This document shows, in pieces, positions 29,775-39,489 of a DNA stretch of 64,000 nucleotides. Under the pieces are notes generated by a model, which was not told the DNA's origin, did not search any database, and saw only the letters and a program-made list of their open reading frames with translations. The stretch's first letter is position 1. Each line of letters opens with the position of its first letter. The stretch comes from an uncultured Geobacter sp. (GTDB lineage: Bacteria; Desulfobacterota; Desulfuromonadia; Geobacterales; CAIOGM01), in NCBI GenBank assembly GCA_903902855.1, contig CAIUWK010000102.1, forward strand, positions 21,496 to 85,495, in the 5' to 3' direction. The position numbers and the translations under genes are program-made.

Positions 29775-32700
29775 TCAGGCGGCCCCCAACCGGGGGAGTT
29801 CATTATGCCGGAAGGCCCGCTGAAGGGAAGGGTCGATGACGCACTCATAGCCGTTGAGCCGTGCCACCAGTTTCCCCGTCTGCCGATCCAAAAACTCCAT
29901 ATCCGCAGTGGCCCCATGCTCCCGTTCCGAGGTCACCCGGATCACCACCTGAACCCCGTCCCGGGGGAAGGAGCCGGTGAACTGGCGATACCGTGCGGCA
30001 AAGGTGGGAAGTGAGCCGGCGGAGAACCGTTCGAAGCTCCAGAGGATCATCATCTGAAAGGCGCTGTCCAGAACCAGCGGATCGGTGAGCCAGTCGCTCC
30101 GGAGCGGCCGGTTGATCCAGGTCGCCGGCTTGGGCGCCCCCTTCACCAGGGCGGTGATCCCCTTGGCGGAGCAGTTGAGCACCTGCTCGATCCCCTGGAG
30201 ATCGGGACCATGGAAGAGCCGCTCCCTGTGGTAGATCTCCCCTTGCAGCGGCTCATAGGGAGTGGCCGGCAAGTCGCCGATGGAACGGAGCCCCTCGGGG
30301 AGCCGCGTGGCCAGGACGATCTCGGCCCGGGCATGGAGGAGAGAACCGGCAGGGCCGTTACTCCGAAGTTCCACGGGGACCAGGTGGAACGATTCCCGGC
30401 GGGCCCCCCTTCCGGCCATTACCTGGAGGGTGCAGGGACTCTGCCGGTCAAAGACGACCCCCTTGCAGATGCGGAGATCATTAAAACCGTGAAAGCGGAA
30501 TCCCGGATTGCCATGGAGCGCACCGTGGGCCAGCCACTCCACGATCACCGCCATGGGGACCACCGCCTTGCCGTCCATGACATGGGAGCGGAGGAAGGGG
30601 TAGTCGTCCAGGGTGAGGGTCAACGACAACGCCTCGGTGAGCGGCTGTGACGGCAGCGGGTCGGGCCGGGTTGCACAGTCGTCACCGCTCCCGGAGAGAG
30701 CCACCACCTCCACCGGGGCATCCAGGGCTGACAGCTCCCTGACGAGAAAATCGCCCCCCTCGGCAAGGCCGATGAGTCCGACCCCTTCGTTGGCAAAGAG
30801 TTTTTTCAGGGCCGGGGTAACCATCCCGCCGTCCCAGGGACCCCAGTTAATGCTCACCGTCCGGCAGCCGGGACGGCGGCGCGCCTCTGACTGGGCCAGC
30901 TTGTTGAGGACCTCGTTGGCAACGGCGTAATCGGCCTGACCGGTGCGCCCCAAACGGCCGGTGGTGGAGGCGAAGAGAGCGATGAAGCGCAAGTCATCCC
31001 CCTGGGTTGCGTCCAGGAGGTTCCGGAGACCGGAGACCTTGGTCCCGAGGACAGCCGCGAACTGGTCCCGACTCTTGTCGATGATGAGACGGTCGGCCAG
31101 CACCCCGGCGCCATGGACGATCCCCCGGATGGGACCGTGGTCCCGGCGGATGGCGGTCAGGAGATCGGCCACGGCCCCGGCATCACGGATATCTAGGGAA
31201 CGATAGAGCGCCTTCCCGCCGGTGGCCTCGATGCGGGCCAGGGTGGCGCGAAGCTCCCGCCCTGCCAGCACCGCCTGGTAACGCGCCTCGATCTCCCGGG
31301 GGGAGAGTTTTTCCCCTGCGTGGACCAGGATGGCCCGCTTGATGGGGGAGTCATCGGTGAGGGGGGCAAGCCATGCCGGTTCGGCCTCCGGTTCCGGACT
31401 TCTCCCCATGAGCACCAGGAGGGGGCGGTAGGCTTCGGCCAGCGCCAATGACGCCGCCGCCGTCACTCCGCGACCGCCGCCGGTGACGAGAATCACCTCG
31501 CCGGCCTGAACGGGAACGGTTGTCGACGGGGACACTGCCGGAAGGGGTGAGAGTCGGAGAGTGATCCTTCCCGCCGGCGTCAATCCCACCTCCACCGGAC
31601 CGGGGGTGAAGAGTTCCCCCGCGATGGCGTCGGCCTCCATGACCCCGGTGGCAAATCCTCCCAAATCCATGGCCTTGCAGGAGACCTCCGGCCACTCCCG
31701 GGCGGCGGTCTTGGCCAGCCCGGCCAGTCCACCGGAGAAGGGATCAAGCAGAGAGCTGCCGGAACCAAACCCGAAAAAACCGTCCAGGCGCGACACCGTG
31801 GCAAAGATCGCTCCGCCACCGGCGGCGGCGCGGCGAAGGGCCGGGGCCGCGCTCTTCAGGAGGAGGAAGGCGTCTTCGAGAAATCCTTCATCCGCGCCGG
31901 CATGGGGGGTAATGATGACCAGGCCGGAGATGTCCGCGGCCGGGGCGGCGTCTTCTGCTGTGGCCATATCCACCAGGCGGACCGCCTGGCCCCGTGCCCG
32001 GATGAGTCTGGCCAGCTCACCGGCACAGGGAGAGCCGTCGTCGGTCACCCAGAATTCCCCTGTCCCCACCGTTGCCAGCGTCAGGAGTGAGGGATCAAGA
32101 GGGACGGTGATGACACTGCTCCGATTGACGATGCCGGCAGGACCGGCTTCCACCGCCGGAGGGGGGGGGGCTGAAACATTTTGCAGAGGCGAGGCATTCG
32201 TCCCCCCTCCGCAGGCATTACCTGCGCCGAGAAATGCGGCGATATCCCCCAGGGTCCGGAGATTCCCCATCTGCTCCGGGCCGATGACCGGCGCGGAGGG
32301 AAGCCGTTCCTGGAGGGCCGAGAGGATCTCCACCCGCTTGATGGAGTCGATCCCCAGGTCCGAATCCAGCCCCATCTCCAGCTCCAGCATCTCCACCGGG
32401 TAGCCGGTCTTCTCGCTCACCACAGAGAGGAGCGTGCCGGTGATACTGTCCGATGTATCGGACTGATCGGGCCGATCAGTCCGATTTTCAGATGCTGCGG
32501 CGTCGCTGCCGAGAAACCTGGCGATGTCGGCGAGGGTCCGAAGAGATCCCATCTGCTCCGGGCCGATGATCGGCGCGGAAGGAAGCCGTTCCTGGAGGGC
32601 CGAGAGGATCTCCACCCGTTTGATGGAGTCGATCCCCAGGTCCGAATCCAGCCCCATCTCCAGTTCCAGCATCTCCACCGGGTAGCCGGTCTTCTCGCTC

Positions 32701-35700
32701 ACCACAGAGAGGAGGGTGCCGGTGATACTGTCCGATGTATCGGACTGATCGGGCCGATCAGTCCGATTTTCAGATGATGCGGCGTCGCTGCCGAGGAACC
32801 TGGCGATATCGGCGAGGGTCCGAAGAGATCCCATCTGCTCCGGGCCGATGACCGGCGCACTGGGAAGCCGCTCCTGGAGGGCCGAGAGAATCTCCACCCG
32901 CTTGATTGAGTCGATCCCCAGATCCGAATCCAGCCCCATCTCCAGTTCCAGCATCTCCACCGGGTAGCCGGTCTTCTCGCTCACCACAGAGAGGAGGGTG
33001 CCGGTGATCCTGTCCGACGTATCGGACTGATCGGACCGATCAGTCCGATTTTCAGATGCTGCGGCGTCGCTGCCGAGAAACCTGGCAATATCAGCCAGGG
33101 TTCGGAGAGAGCCCATCTGCTCCGGGCCGATGACCGGCGCGGAGGGAAGACGTTCCTGGAGGGCCGAGAGGATCTCCACCCGTTTGATGGAGTCGATCCC
33201 AAGGTCTGAATCAAGCCCCATCTCCAGTTCCAGCATCTCCACCGGGTAGCCGGTCTTCTCGCTCACCACCTCCAACAGGACTACCGTCACGTTGGAGGTG
33301 ACGGCAACGCTGACCCGGGGAACAGGCACGACAGGAGTGGGGGGAGACGCTGCAGGAGGAACTACTGCCGGCAACGAAGGAGGTGCTGATCCCCGGAGCA
33401 GCAGAGAGGGGGCAGCCACGGCAGCAGAGAAAGGAGAACCGCCATGGAGGAGACGGTTCTGCTGATCCAGGAGCCCCTGAATAGTTCGACCGGCGGCCTC
33501 CTGCCCTTCCAGGAAGCGGCGGTGGAGTTGGGCCGTATCCTCCTGCATCTTCTGCAGCACCGCCATGCTCTCCCGGGTGACCCGCAACGACTCGGCGAGA
33601 ATACCGGCACCGGGCTCCAGGCGCGAGGCGCTCGGCTCAAACGTCGAGGTTCCAGGTTCCAGGCGCGAGGTTCGAGGTTCGAGGTTTGTGGTTCCCGACG
33701 TCAAGCGCCCAGCGTCAAGCGCCTCTCTTTTCTTCTTCGGCTTCAAATAGTTGGCACCGCAAATGGGGATCGTCATGACCGGTTTTTTGCCGGTGGCAGG
33801 AGCCGCCGGTTGGTGACCGGCATCCCAGAGATTCAGCCGAATGGGGTAGCCAAGGACAGCCAGATGACCGAGGAGTCGGGCCAGGTCCGCCATGCCGGAG
33901 CGTTTCCCCGCCGAGGCATCCAGAGCCAGGGCCAGATGGTTGCGCTCCCCCAGGATCGCCTTCACCAGACCGGTGAGACGCGCGCCAGGGCCGACCTCCA
34001 CAAAGGTGCTGATGCCGGAGGCATGGAGCGCCTCGATCTCGGCCACGAACTCCACCGGCCGGGCCAGCTGTCCGGCAAGGAGGGACTTGGCCGCCTCGTC
34101 GTCGTCCGGATAGGGGGCGGCGGTGGAGTTGGCGAAGACCGGCAGCCGCGTCGCACCGAAGGTCACGTCAGCCAGGGCTTCACGAAACGGTAGGGCCGCA
34201 TCGGCCACCAGCGGGCTGTGAAAGGCAGCAGCCACGGGGAGACGCTTGCAGGCGAGCCTGCGGGCGCCGAAAAGGACGATGGCCCGCTCTATTTCGGCGC
34301 TGCTCCCCGAAAGAACCGCCTGGGACGGGGCATTCCGGTTGGCCACCACCAACTCCAGCCCCTCTTCCGCAAGGGCTTGCTCCACCAGGGCCAGCGGGGC
34401 CGGCACCGCCACCATCCCCCCCCGGTCGCCATCGCCCGCCGCCATGAGACGGCCGCGGAGGCGGGAAAGGTGATGAAAGGTTGCCTCATCCAGTTTCCCG
34501 GCGGCGCAGAGAGCGGTCAGTTCACCATAACTGTGCCCGGCCGCGGCGTCCGGGATCAGGCCGAAGGAGTCCAGCAGCCGCAGGGCGCCCAGACTCACCG
34601 CGCCGATGGCGGGTTGGGCCACATGGGTGGCGCGCAACTCCTCCTCCAGTCGCTCCTTCCCCTGGGGCGAAAACGCCGTGGGGGGGTAGATCCGGTCGGA
34701 GAGACGGATGCCATCAGCCAATCCGTAGCCTGCATCGGCTTGCGCCAAGGCAGTAAACAGCTCGGGAAAGGTGCAGGCAAGATCGCGGAGCATCCCTGTG
34801 TACTGGGTCCCCTGGCCGGGAAAGAGGAAGGCGAGCTTGCCCGTGGGGCCGCCGCTTGCAAAGAAGGCGCCGTCCGGTGTCTGCCAGGATGAGGTGCCGT
34901 TGGAGCGGAGCATGGTCCCGGCATTGGCCACCAGGGTCGCCAGATTCTTCCGATCCCGCTCCACCACCAGAACCAGGCGGCAGGGGGCGCCGGCATCAAA
35001 CCCCCTGCGGGCGGTGAGCGCCCGGTCGCGCAGCTCCTTCCACGGAAGGTCGGCGGTGAACGCCTTCAGTGACTGCTCCAGCTCTACTACAGAGGCACCG
35101 GAGAAGGGGATGATCTGGACATTCCCGTCCCAGTCGGCACTGGACTTGGCAGGGCAATACTCTTCCAGGACCGTGTGAAAGTTGGAGCCGCCAAAACCGA
35201 AGGCGCTGACCGCAGCGCGGCGGGGCGTTGTCCCGGAAGGGAGCCAAGGGCGCTTTTCCGTGGTCAGGTAAAACGGGGTCTGCTCTCCGGTAATCTCACC
35301 CAGGGGGTTGGAGACCTTGATGGTTGGGGGGATGACCTTGTGGTGCAGGGCAAGGGCCGTCTTGATGAGACCTGCCGCGCCGGCAGCCGCCTTGGTGTGT
35401 CCGATCTGGGCCTTCACCGAGCCCAGGGCGCACCAGGGGGTCCGGGCCTGGCCGTACACCTCGCGCAGGGCCTTGACCTCCACGGCGTCCCCCACCCTGG
35501 TGCCGGTACCGTGGGCCTCGATGAGACCGATACTTTCGGGGGTCACGCCGGCCCGGTCGTAAGCATCGTAGAGCGCCTTTTTCTGTCCGCCGGCGCTGGG
35601 GGCGTAGATGGCGTCCCCCCGGCCGTCGCTGGAGGAACCGATCCCCCGGATCACCGCATAGATCCGGTCTCCGTCCCGCTCCGCGTCGGCCAGCCGCTTG

Positions 35701-36593
35701 ATGACCATGATCCCCAGCCCCTCACCCAGAATCGTCCCGTCGGCGGCGGCGTCGAAGGGTTTCGCGTCGCCGGTGGGGGAGAGTGCCGGGGTCTTGCTGA
35801 AGCACATGTACATGAAGATGTCGTTAAAGGTATCGATGCCGCCGGTGACCACCATATCGGCCTTACCCGTGGCCAGTTCCATCCCGGCCAGGTGAAGGGC
35901 GCTGAAGGAACTGGCACAGGCGGCGTCCACCACGCAGTTGGTCCCTCCCAGGTCGTACTGCTTGCTGATCCTGCCGGCCACCACATTCCCCAGGAGTCCG
36001 GGAAAAGAGTTTTCCTGCCAGTCGACATAGGAGTCTGAGATCCGCGCCACCACGTCATCGGCCACGGTATCGGCCACGCCGGCCTCTTTCAGGGCAGCAC
36101 GCCAGAGGGGGTGACCCAAGCGGGCCCCCAGGGGGATCACCAACTCCATGGCGCCGGTGACACCCAGGATAACGCTGGCCCGGCTCCGATCATACTCCCG
36201 CTCCGGGCCGTACCCTGCATCCCGCAGCGCCTGTCCAGCGGCCACCAGCCCCAGAAGCTGAGAGGTATCGATGGCTTCCAGAATATTGGGAGGGATGTTG
36301 AACTCCAGGGGATTGAAGGGGACCGGGGAGATGAAACCGCCGCGCCGGCCATAGGTATGATCGGGGGATTTCTGGTCCTGATCGAAGTAATCCCCCACCT
36401 TCCAGTGGGTCGCGGGGATATCGGTGATGGCATCGATCCCCTCCCGGATGTTGGCCCAGTAGGTGGCAGGGTCTTCGGCTTTGGGAAAGAGGCAGCCGAT
36501 ACCGATGATAGCCAGCGGTACGACGGAAAGTATGGTGGCCGGTTGTGCGTCCGGCGGTTTGACAATGTCAGGTTGTGCGGCGTGTGTGGTCAC
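29775..36593 (-). CDS. pfaA: PUFA-synthase subunit PfaA (KS-MAT-4xACP-KR-DH)
   Basis: KS 'DAACASS/HGTGT/GHTKAAAG'; AT 'GHSYG','AFHS'; four 'LGIDSIKRVEIL' ACPs; KR 'VTGGGRGV..YAVAN'; 'HVMDGKAVVP'. Confidence 0.95.
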   Translation of the reverse strand: MTTHAAQPDIVKPPDAQPATILSVVPLAIIGIGCLFPKAEDPATYWANIREGIDAITDIPATHWKVGDYFDQDQKSPDHTYGRRGGFISPVPFNPLEFNIPPNILEAIDTSQLLGLVAAGQALRDAGYGPEREYDRSRASVILGVTGAMELVIPLGARLGHPLWRAALKEAGVADTVADDVVARISDSYVDWQENSFPGLLGNVVAGRISKQYDLGGTNCVVDAACASSFSALHLAGMELATGKADMVVTGGIDTFNDIFMYMCFSKTPALSPTGDAKPFDAAADGTILGEGLGIMVIKRLADAERDGDRIYAVIRGIGSSSDGRGDAIYAPSAGGQKKALYDAYDRAGVTPESIGLIEAHGTGTRVGDAVEVKALREVYGQARTPWCALGSVKAQIGHTKAAAGAAGLIKTALALHHKVIPPTIKVSNPLGEITGEQTPFYLTTEKRPWLPSGTTPRRAAVSAFGFGGSNFHTVLEEYCPAKSSADWDGNVQIIPFSGASVVELEQSLKAFTADLPWKELRDRALTARRGFDAGAPCRLVLVVERDRKNLATLVANAGTMLRSNGTSSWQTPDGAFFASGGPTGKLAFLFPGQGTQYTGMLRDLACTFPELFTALAQADAGYGLADGIRLSDRIYPPTAFSPQGKERLEEELRATHVAQPAIGAVSLGALRLLDSFGLIPDAAAGHSYGELTALCAAGKLDEATFHHLSRLRGRLMAAGDGDRGGMVAVPAPLALVEQALAEEGLELVVANRNAPSQAVLSGSSAEIERAIVLFGARRLACKRLPVAAAFHSPLVADAALPFREALADVTFGATRLPVFANSTAAPYPDDDEAAKSLLAGQLARPVEFVAEIEALHASGISTFVEVGPGARLTGLVKAILGERNHLALALDASAGKRSGMADLARLLGHLAVLGYPIRLNLWDAGHQPAAPATGKKPVMTIPICGANYLKPKKKREALDAGRLTSGTTNLEPRTSRLEPGTSTFEPSASRLEPGAGILAESLRVTRESMAVLQKMQEDTAQLHRRFLEGQEAAGRTIQGLLDQQNRLLHGGSPFSAAVAAPSLLLRGSAPPSLPAVVPPAASPPTPVVPVPRVSVAVTSNVTVVLLEVVSEKTGYPVEMLELEMGLDSDLGIDSIKRVEILSALQERLPSAPVIGPEQMGSLRTLADIARFLGSDAAASENRTDRSDQSDTSDRITGTLLSVVSEKTGYPVEMLELEMGLDSDLGIDSIKRVEILSALQERLPSAPVIGPEQMGSLRTLADIARFLGSDAASSENRTDRPDQSDTSDSITGTLLSVVSEKTGYPVEMLELEMGLDSDLGIDSIKRVEILSALQERLPSAPIIGPEQMGSLRTLADIARFLGSDAAASENRTDRPDQSDTSDSITGTLLSVVSEKTGYPVEMLELEMGLDSDLGIDSIKRVEILSALQERLPSAPVIGPEQMGNLRTLGDIAAFLGAGNACGGGTNASPLQNVSAPPPPAVEAGPAGIVNRSSVITVPLDPSLLTLATVGTGEFWVTDDGSPCAGELARLIRARGQAVRLVDMATAEDAAPAADISGLVIITPHAGADEGFLEDAFLLLKSAAPALRRAAAGGGAIFATVSRLDGFFGFGSGSSLLDPFSGGLAGLAKTAAREWPEVSCKAMDLGGFATGVMEADAIAGELFTPGPVEVGLTPAGRITLRLSPLPAVSPSTTVPVQAGEVILVTGGGRGVTAAASLALAEAYRPLLVLMGRSPEPEAEPAWLAPLTDDSPIKRAILVHAGEKLSPREIEARYQAVLAGRELRATLARIEATGGKALYRSLDIRDAGAVADLLTAIRRDHGPIRGIVHGAGVLADRLIIDKSRDQFAAVLGTKVSGLRNLLDATQGDDLRFIALFASTTGRLGRTGQADYAVANEVLNKLAQSEARRRPGCRTVSINWGPWDGGMVTPALKKLFANEGVGLIGLAEGGDFLVRELSALDAPVEVVALSGSGDDCATRPDPLPSQPLTEALSLTLTLDDYPFLRSHVMDGKAVVPMAVIVEWLAHGALHGNPGFRFHGFNDLRICKGVVFDRQSPCTLQVMAGRGARRESFHLVPVELRSNGPAGSLLHARAEIVLATRLPEGLRSIGDLPATPYEPLQGEIYHRERLFHGPDLQGIEQVLNCSAKGITALVKGAPKPATWINRPLRSDWLTDPLVLDSAFQMMILWSFERFSAGSLPTFAARYRQFTGSFPRDGVQVVIRVTSEREHGATADMEFLDRQTGKLVARLNGYECVIDPSLQRAFRHNELPRLGAA
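32225..33290 (-). repeat. Four tandem ACP repeats with 282-bp period
   Basis: GTAGCCGGTCTTCTCGCTCACC at 32400, 32682, 32964 and 33246; near-identical DNA. Confidence 0.95.
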
Positions 36594-38228
36594 CCAAGAT
36601 ACTCCTTGATCTGTTCAATGGGGAGGGGTTCGGCGCGAAAGAGTTCCGGCGGAAGACCGATCCCTTGGCGCCTCAGGGAGGTGGCGCGGGCCAGCAGCGC
36701 GGCGCCGAAAAGGATATTGAGCGCCACCGCGGCGACCCTGCGCCGGGCGGGACTCTCCAGGAACGAACCGGCGACCCATTCATTAAAGGCGCCCATGGCC
36801 GGACCGCACCAGATCTGATAGTCCATCCGGCGGGATGATTCCCCCTCCTTGGCCCAGTGAGCCCCCTGCCCCAGATACCAGCGAAAGACGAGGGCCATGA
36901 GGTGTCGAGGGTCCCGCTCGGCCCGTGCCACCTGTCGTGGGTCACGACGGAGAAAATAGCTCCGGGTCTCCTGCCAGATCTGCTCCAGAGGAGCGAGAAA
37001 GAGACTCCTCTCCAGCTTCTCCCGTTCGACGCCGGGGATCTCGTCCAGAGCGGCGCAACTGCGGTAGAGGTCATAGAGCTTGGCGGCGCGCATGGGAAAC
37101 ATGGTTCCTCGCTTGAGGACCTGCACCGTCACCCCCATCTCGAACATGTCGGCTGCCGGGGCCATGGTCACATCGGCCTGACGGGTCACGGCAAGCATCT
37201 CCCGCACCGTATCCGAGGTTCCCGATTCCACGCAGGCCTGATGCACCGAACCGGCCATGATATAGGCGGCCCCCATGGCAAAGGCGGCGGCAGCGGCGGC
37301 CGGGGTCCCGATGCCGCCGGCTAACCCCACCCGAAGCCGGAGATCGTAGCCGTGAGCGTTCTGCATCCTCCGGGCGAGGGAGAGGATGGTGGGGAAAAGG
37401 GCCAGGGCGGGACGGTTATCCGTGTGACCACCGGAATCGGCCTCGGCGGTCACCTCCTGGGCCATGGGAATCCGACCGGCCAGTTCGGCCTGCCGGACCG
37501 TGATGCTCCCCTCGGCCACCAGCACCTTGAGAAATTTTTCGGGGGGGGGGGGAGAAGAACCGTTCGGCCAGCTCCTCCCGGGAGACCTTGGCGATGATCC
37601 GGTTGGGGGTTACAATGCCACCGTCTGCGTCTTCATGGATGCCGTGAACCCGATAGCGAACCAAAGGGAGGGTCAGCGCAAGAAAAGCCGACGCCTCCAC
37701 CAGGCGGACCTCTTTTCGAATATAGAGCTCCGCCAGGGCCGTCTCCAACTCCGGCTCGTGGGGGGAGTGGATCAGGTTGACGCCGTAGGGGAGTCCCGAG
37801 GAAGCAAGCCGGTCCAGCGCCGTCTCCACGCTCTTCAGGGGGAGACCGGCCGCGCCGAAGAAGCCCATCATCCCGGCTCTTCCCAGCTCCTCCGCCAGAG
37901 GCACGGAGCTGATCCCCTTGGCCATGGAGCCCCCCAGATAGGGATATCGAATCCCCAATTCGGCACAGAAGCCGGGATCGCCCAGCTGTTCCGGCAGACA
38001 GGGGGGGGCAAAGCCCAGGAGCGGGTGAGCATCAGCCGGAGCAGCGTCTCCGCAGAGGTATGCGTGACCACCCGACACGGGGAGAACTGTCCCGTTCATT
38101 TTCACGACAAAGAGCGGCTCACGGAGTTGGCGCATGGCAGCCACCATCCCCTGGTCCTGAGATAAATCTTCTGGAGAGGCGGGCAGCCACCAGCCATGGG
38201 CGCCACCCTGTGGTTCAAACGGTGTCAA
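36590..38228 (-). CDS. pfaD: PfaD enoyl reductase, frameshifted at G12 tract 37541-37552
   Basis: N-half 'GGSMAKGISS','GVNLIHSP','VEASAF','IIAKVSREE'; C-half 'EADSGGHTDNRP','APAADMFEMG','YQIWCGPAMG'; joins as FFSPPPEKFL if one base is removed. Confidence 0.9.
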
Positions 38229-38518
38229 ACGATCCTCCGGGCAAGCAGAGTGAGGGGTACGAAACTACCCAAACCGAAACGAAGAATGATGGGCCGACGG
38301 ATTGTGTGGGTTCAAACGGGACCACGGCAACCTGTTCCGGTAATACGGCCATGTTAAGGTAGCCTGTATCTTTAACCGAAATCGCAAAATAACGCAACCG
38401 GCTTATGCCCAGAAGAGCATCAACGACCGGTTTCGCTTTTTGCCCTTGCCATCCAGAAGCGGGGCGGTTAGCATGAACCGCCGGACCAATACCCCTCATT
38501 TTTCCAGGAGCACTCCCC

Positions 38519-39463
38519 GTGACCTTCAAGCGTATCATGCTGATCCTCTTCATCCTGCTGGCCGCCGCCGGTGTCATAGTCGGCCTCGCCTTTGTCTCCC
38601 TCCCCCCGGTAGAACCGCTAAAAAAACGCTCCTGCAACATGACCATCCCGGTGAAAGACTGGCAAGGAAATTACCACCCCTTTGTGGTGGGGCCGAAAAA
38701 CCCTTACTGGACCGGGGGAAAAAGCATCCCGGCAGAGATGAAGTGGTCGGTGATCCTGGCTGAAGACGCCAGTTTCTACAAGCACGAAGGGATCGACGTC
38801 AAGGCCATCAAAAAGGCGATCCAGTATGACCTGGAGAAACAGTCCATGGCCCGGGGGGCCTCCACCATTACCCAGCAGACCGCCAAAAACCTCTTCCTCT
38901 CCCGGGAAAAGAGCATCAGCCGGAAAGTTCGAGAGGTCATCCTGGCCAAACGGATGGAGCGAGAACTGACCAAGGGACGGATACTGGAGCTCTACCTGAA
39001 CGTGGTGGAACTGGGCCCCATGGTCTACGGCATCGGCCACGGCGCCCGCTACTACTTCGGCAAGCCCGCCTCGCTCCTCACCCCCCGGGAAAGCACATTT
39101 CTGGCTGCCATGCTCCCCGGACCACGGGTGGCGTACAACCCCTACCGGGATATGGACAAGGTCATGAAACGGTCGGACCTGATCCTGAAGCTGCTGCGAA
39201 AACGGGGAGTCTTGTCGGAAGAAGAGTACCAGCGAGCCCTGACGGAGACCCCCAACATCGCCGGACTCCAGCGGAAGGTGGATGAGAGCATCAAGAAGGA
39301 AGAGGCGTTCCCCAACCGGAGCAGCGCCGTCGGACCGGCACTCCCTGCCGTTAGGAACGACGGCGAACTTCCGTCACATGAAGAGACCACGGGAGTCGGC
39401 GAGACAGTCAGAGAGGTTGAACCGAAGGGGGATGGGGTGACACCCGTGGTGGAGCAAAAATGA
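38519..39463 (+). CDS. mtgA: Monofunctional peptidoglycan transglycosylase (GT51)
   Basis: TM anchor, 'AEDASFYKHEGID','GASTITQQTAKN','RKVRE','KGRILELYLN'. Confidence 0.88.
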   Translation: MTFKRIMLILFILLAAAGVIVGLAFVSLPPVEPLKKRSCNMTIPVKDWQGNYHPFVVGPKNPYWTGGKSIPAEMKWSVILAEDASFYKHEGIDVKAIKKAIQYDLEKQSMARGASTITQQTAKNLFLSREKSISRKVREVILAKRMERELTKGRILELYLNVVELGPMVYGIGHGARYYFGKPASLLTPRESTFLAAMLPGPRVAYNPYRDMDKVMKRSDLILKLLRKRGVLSEEEYQRALTETPNIAGLQRKVDESIKKEEAFPNRSSAVGPALPAVRNDGELPSHEETTGVGETVREVEPKGDGVTPVVEQK

Positions 39464-39489
39464 GAAGGAGGTTGGGATAGCTGTCATCC

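Noticed and set aside
32225-33290. Regularly spaced palindromes as a CRISPR array
   Set aside because: The period is 282 bp, the intervening sequences are near-identical ACP coding units, and there are no cas genes.
38215-38646. Minus-strand ORF or leader peptide upstream of pfaD
   Set aside because: Overlaps mtgA antisense, no convincing RBS or recognisable motif.
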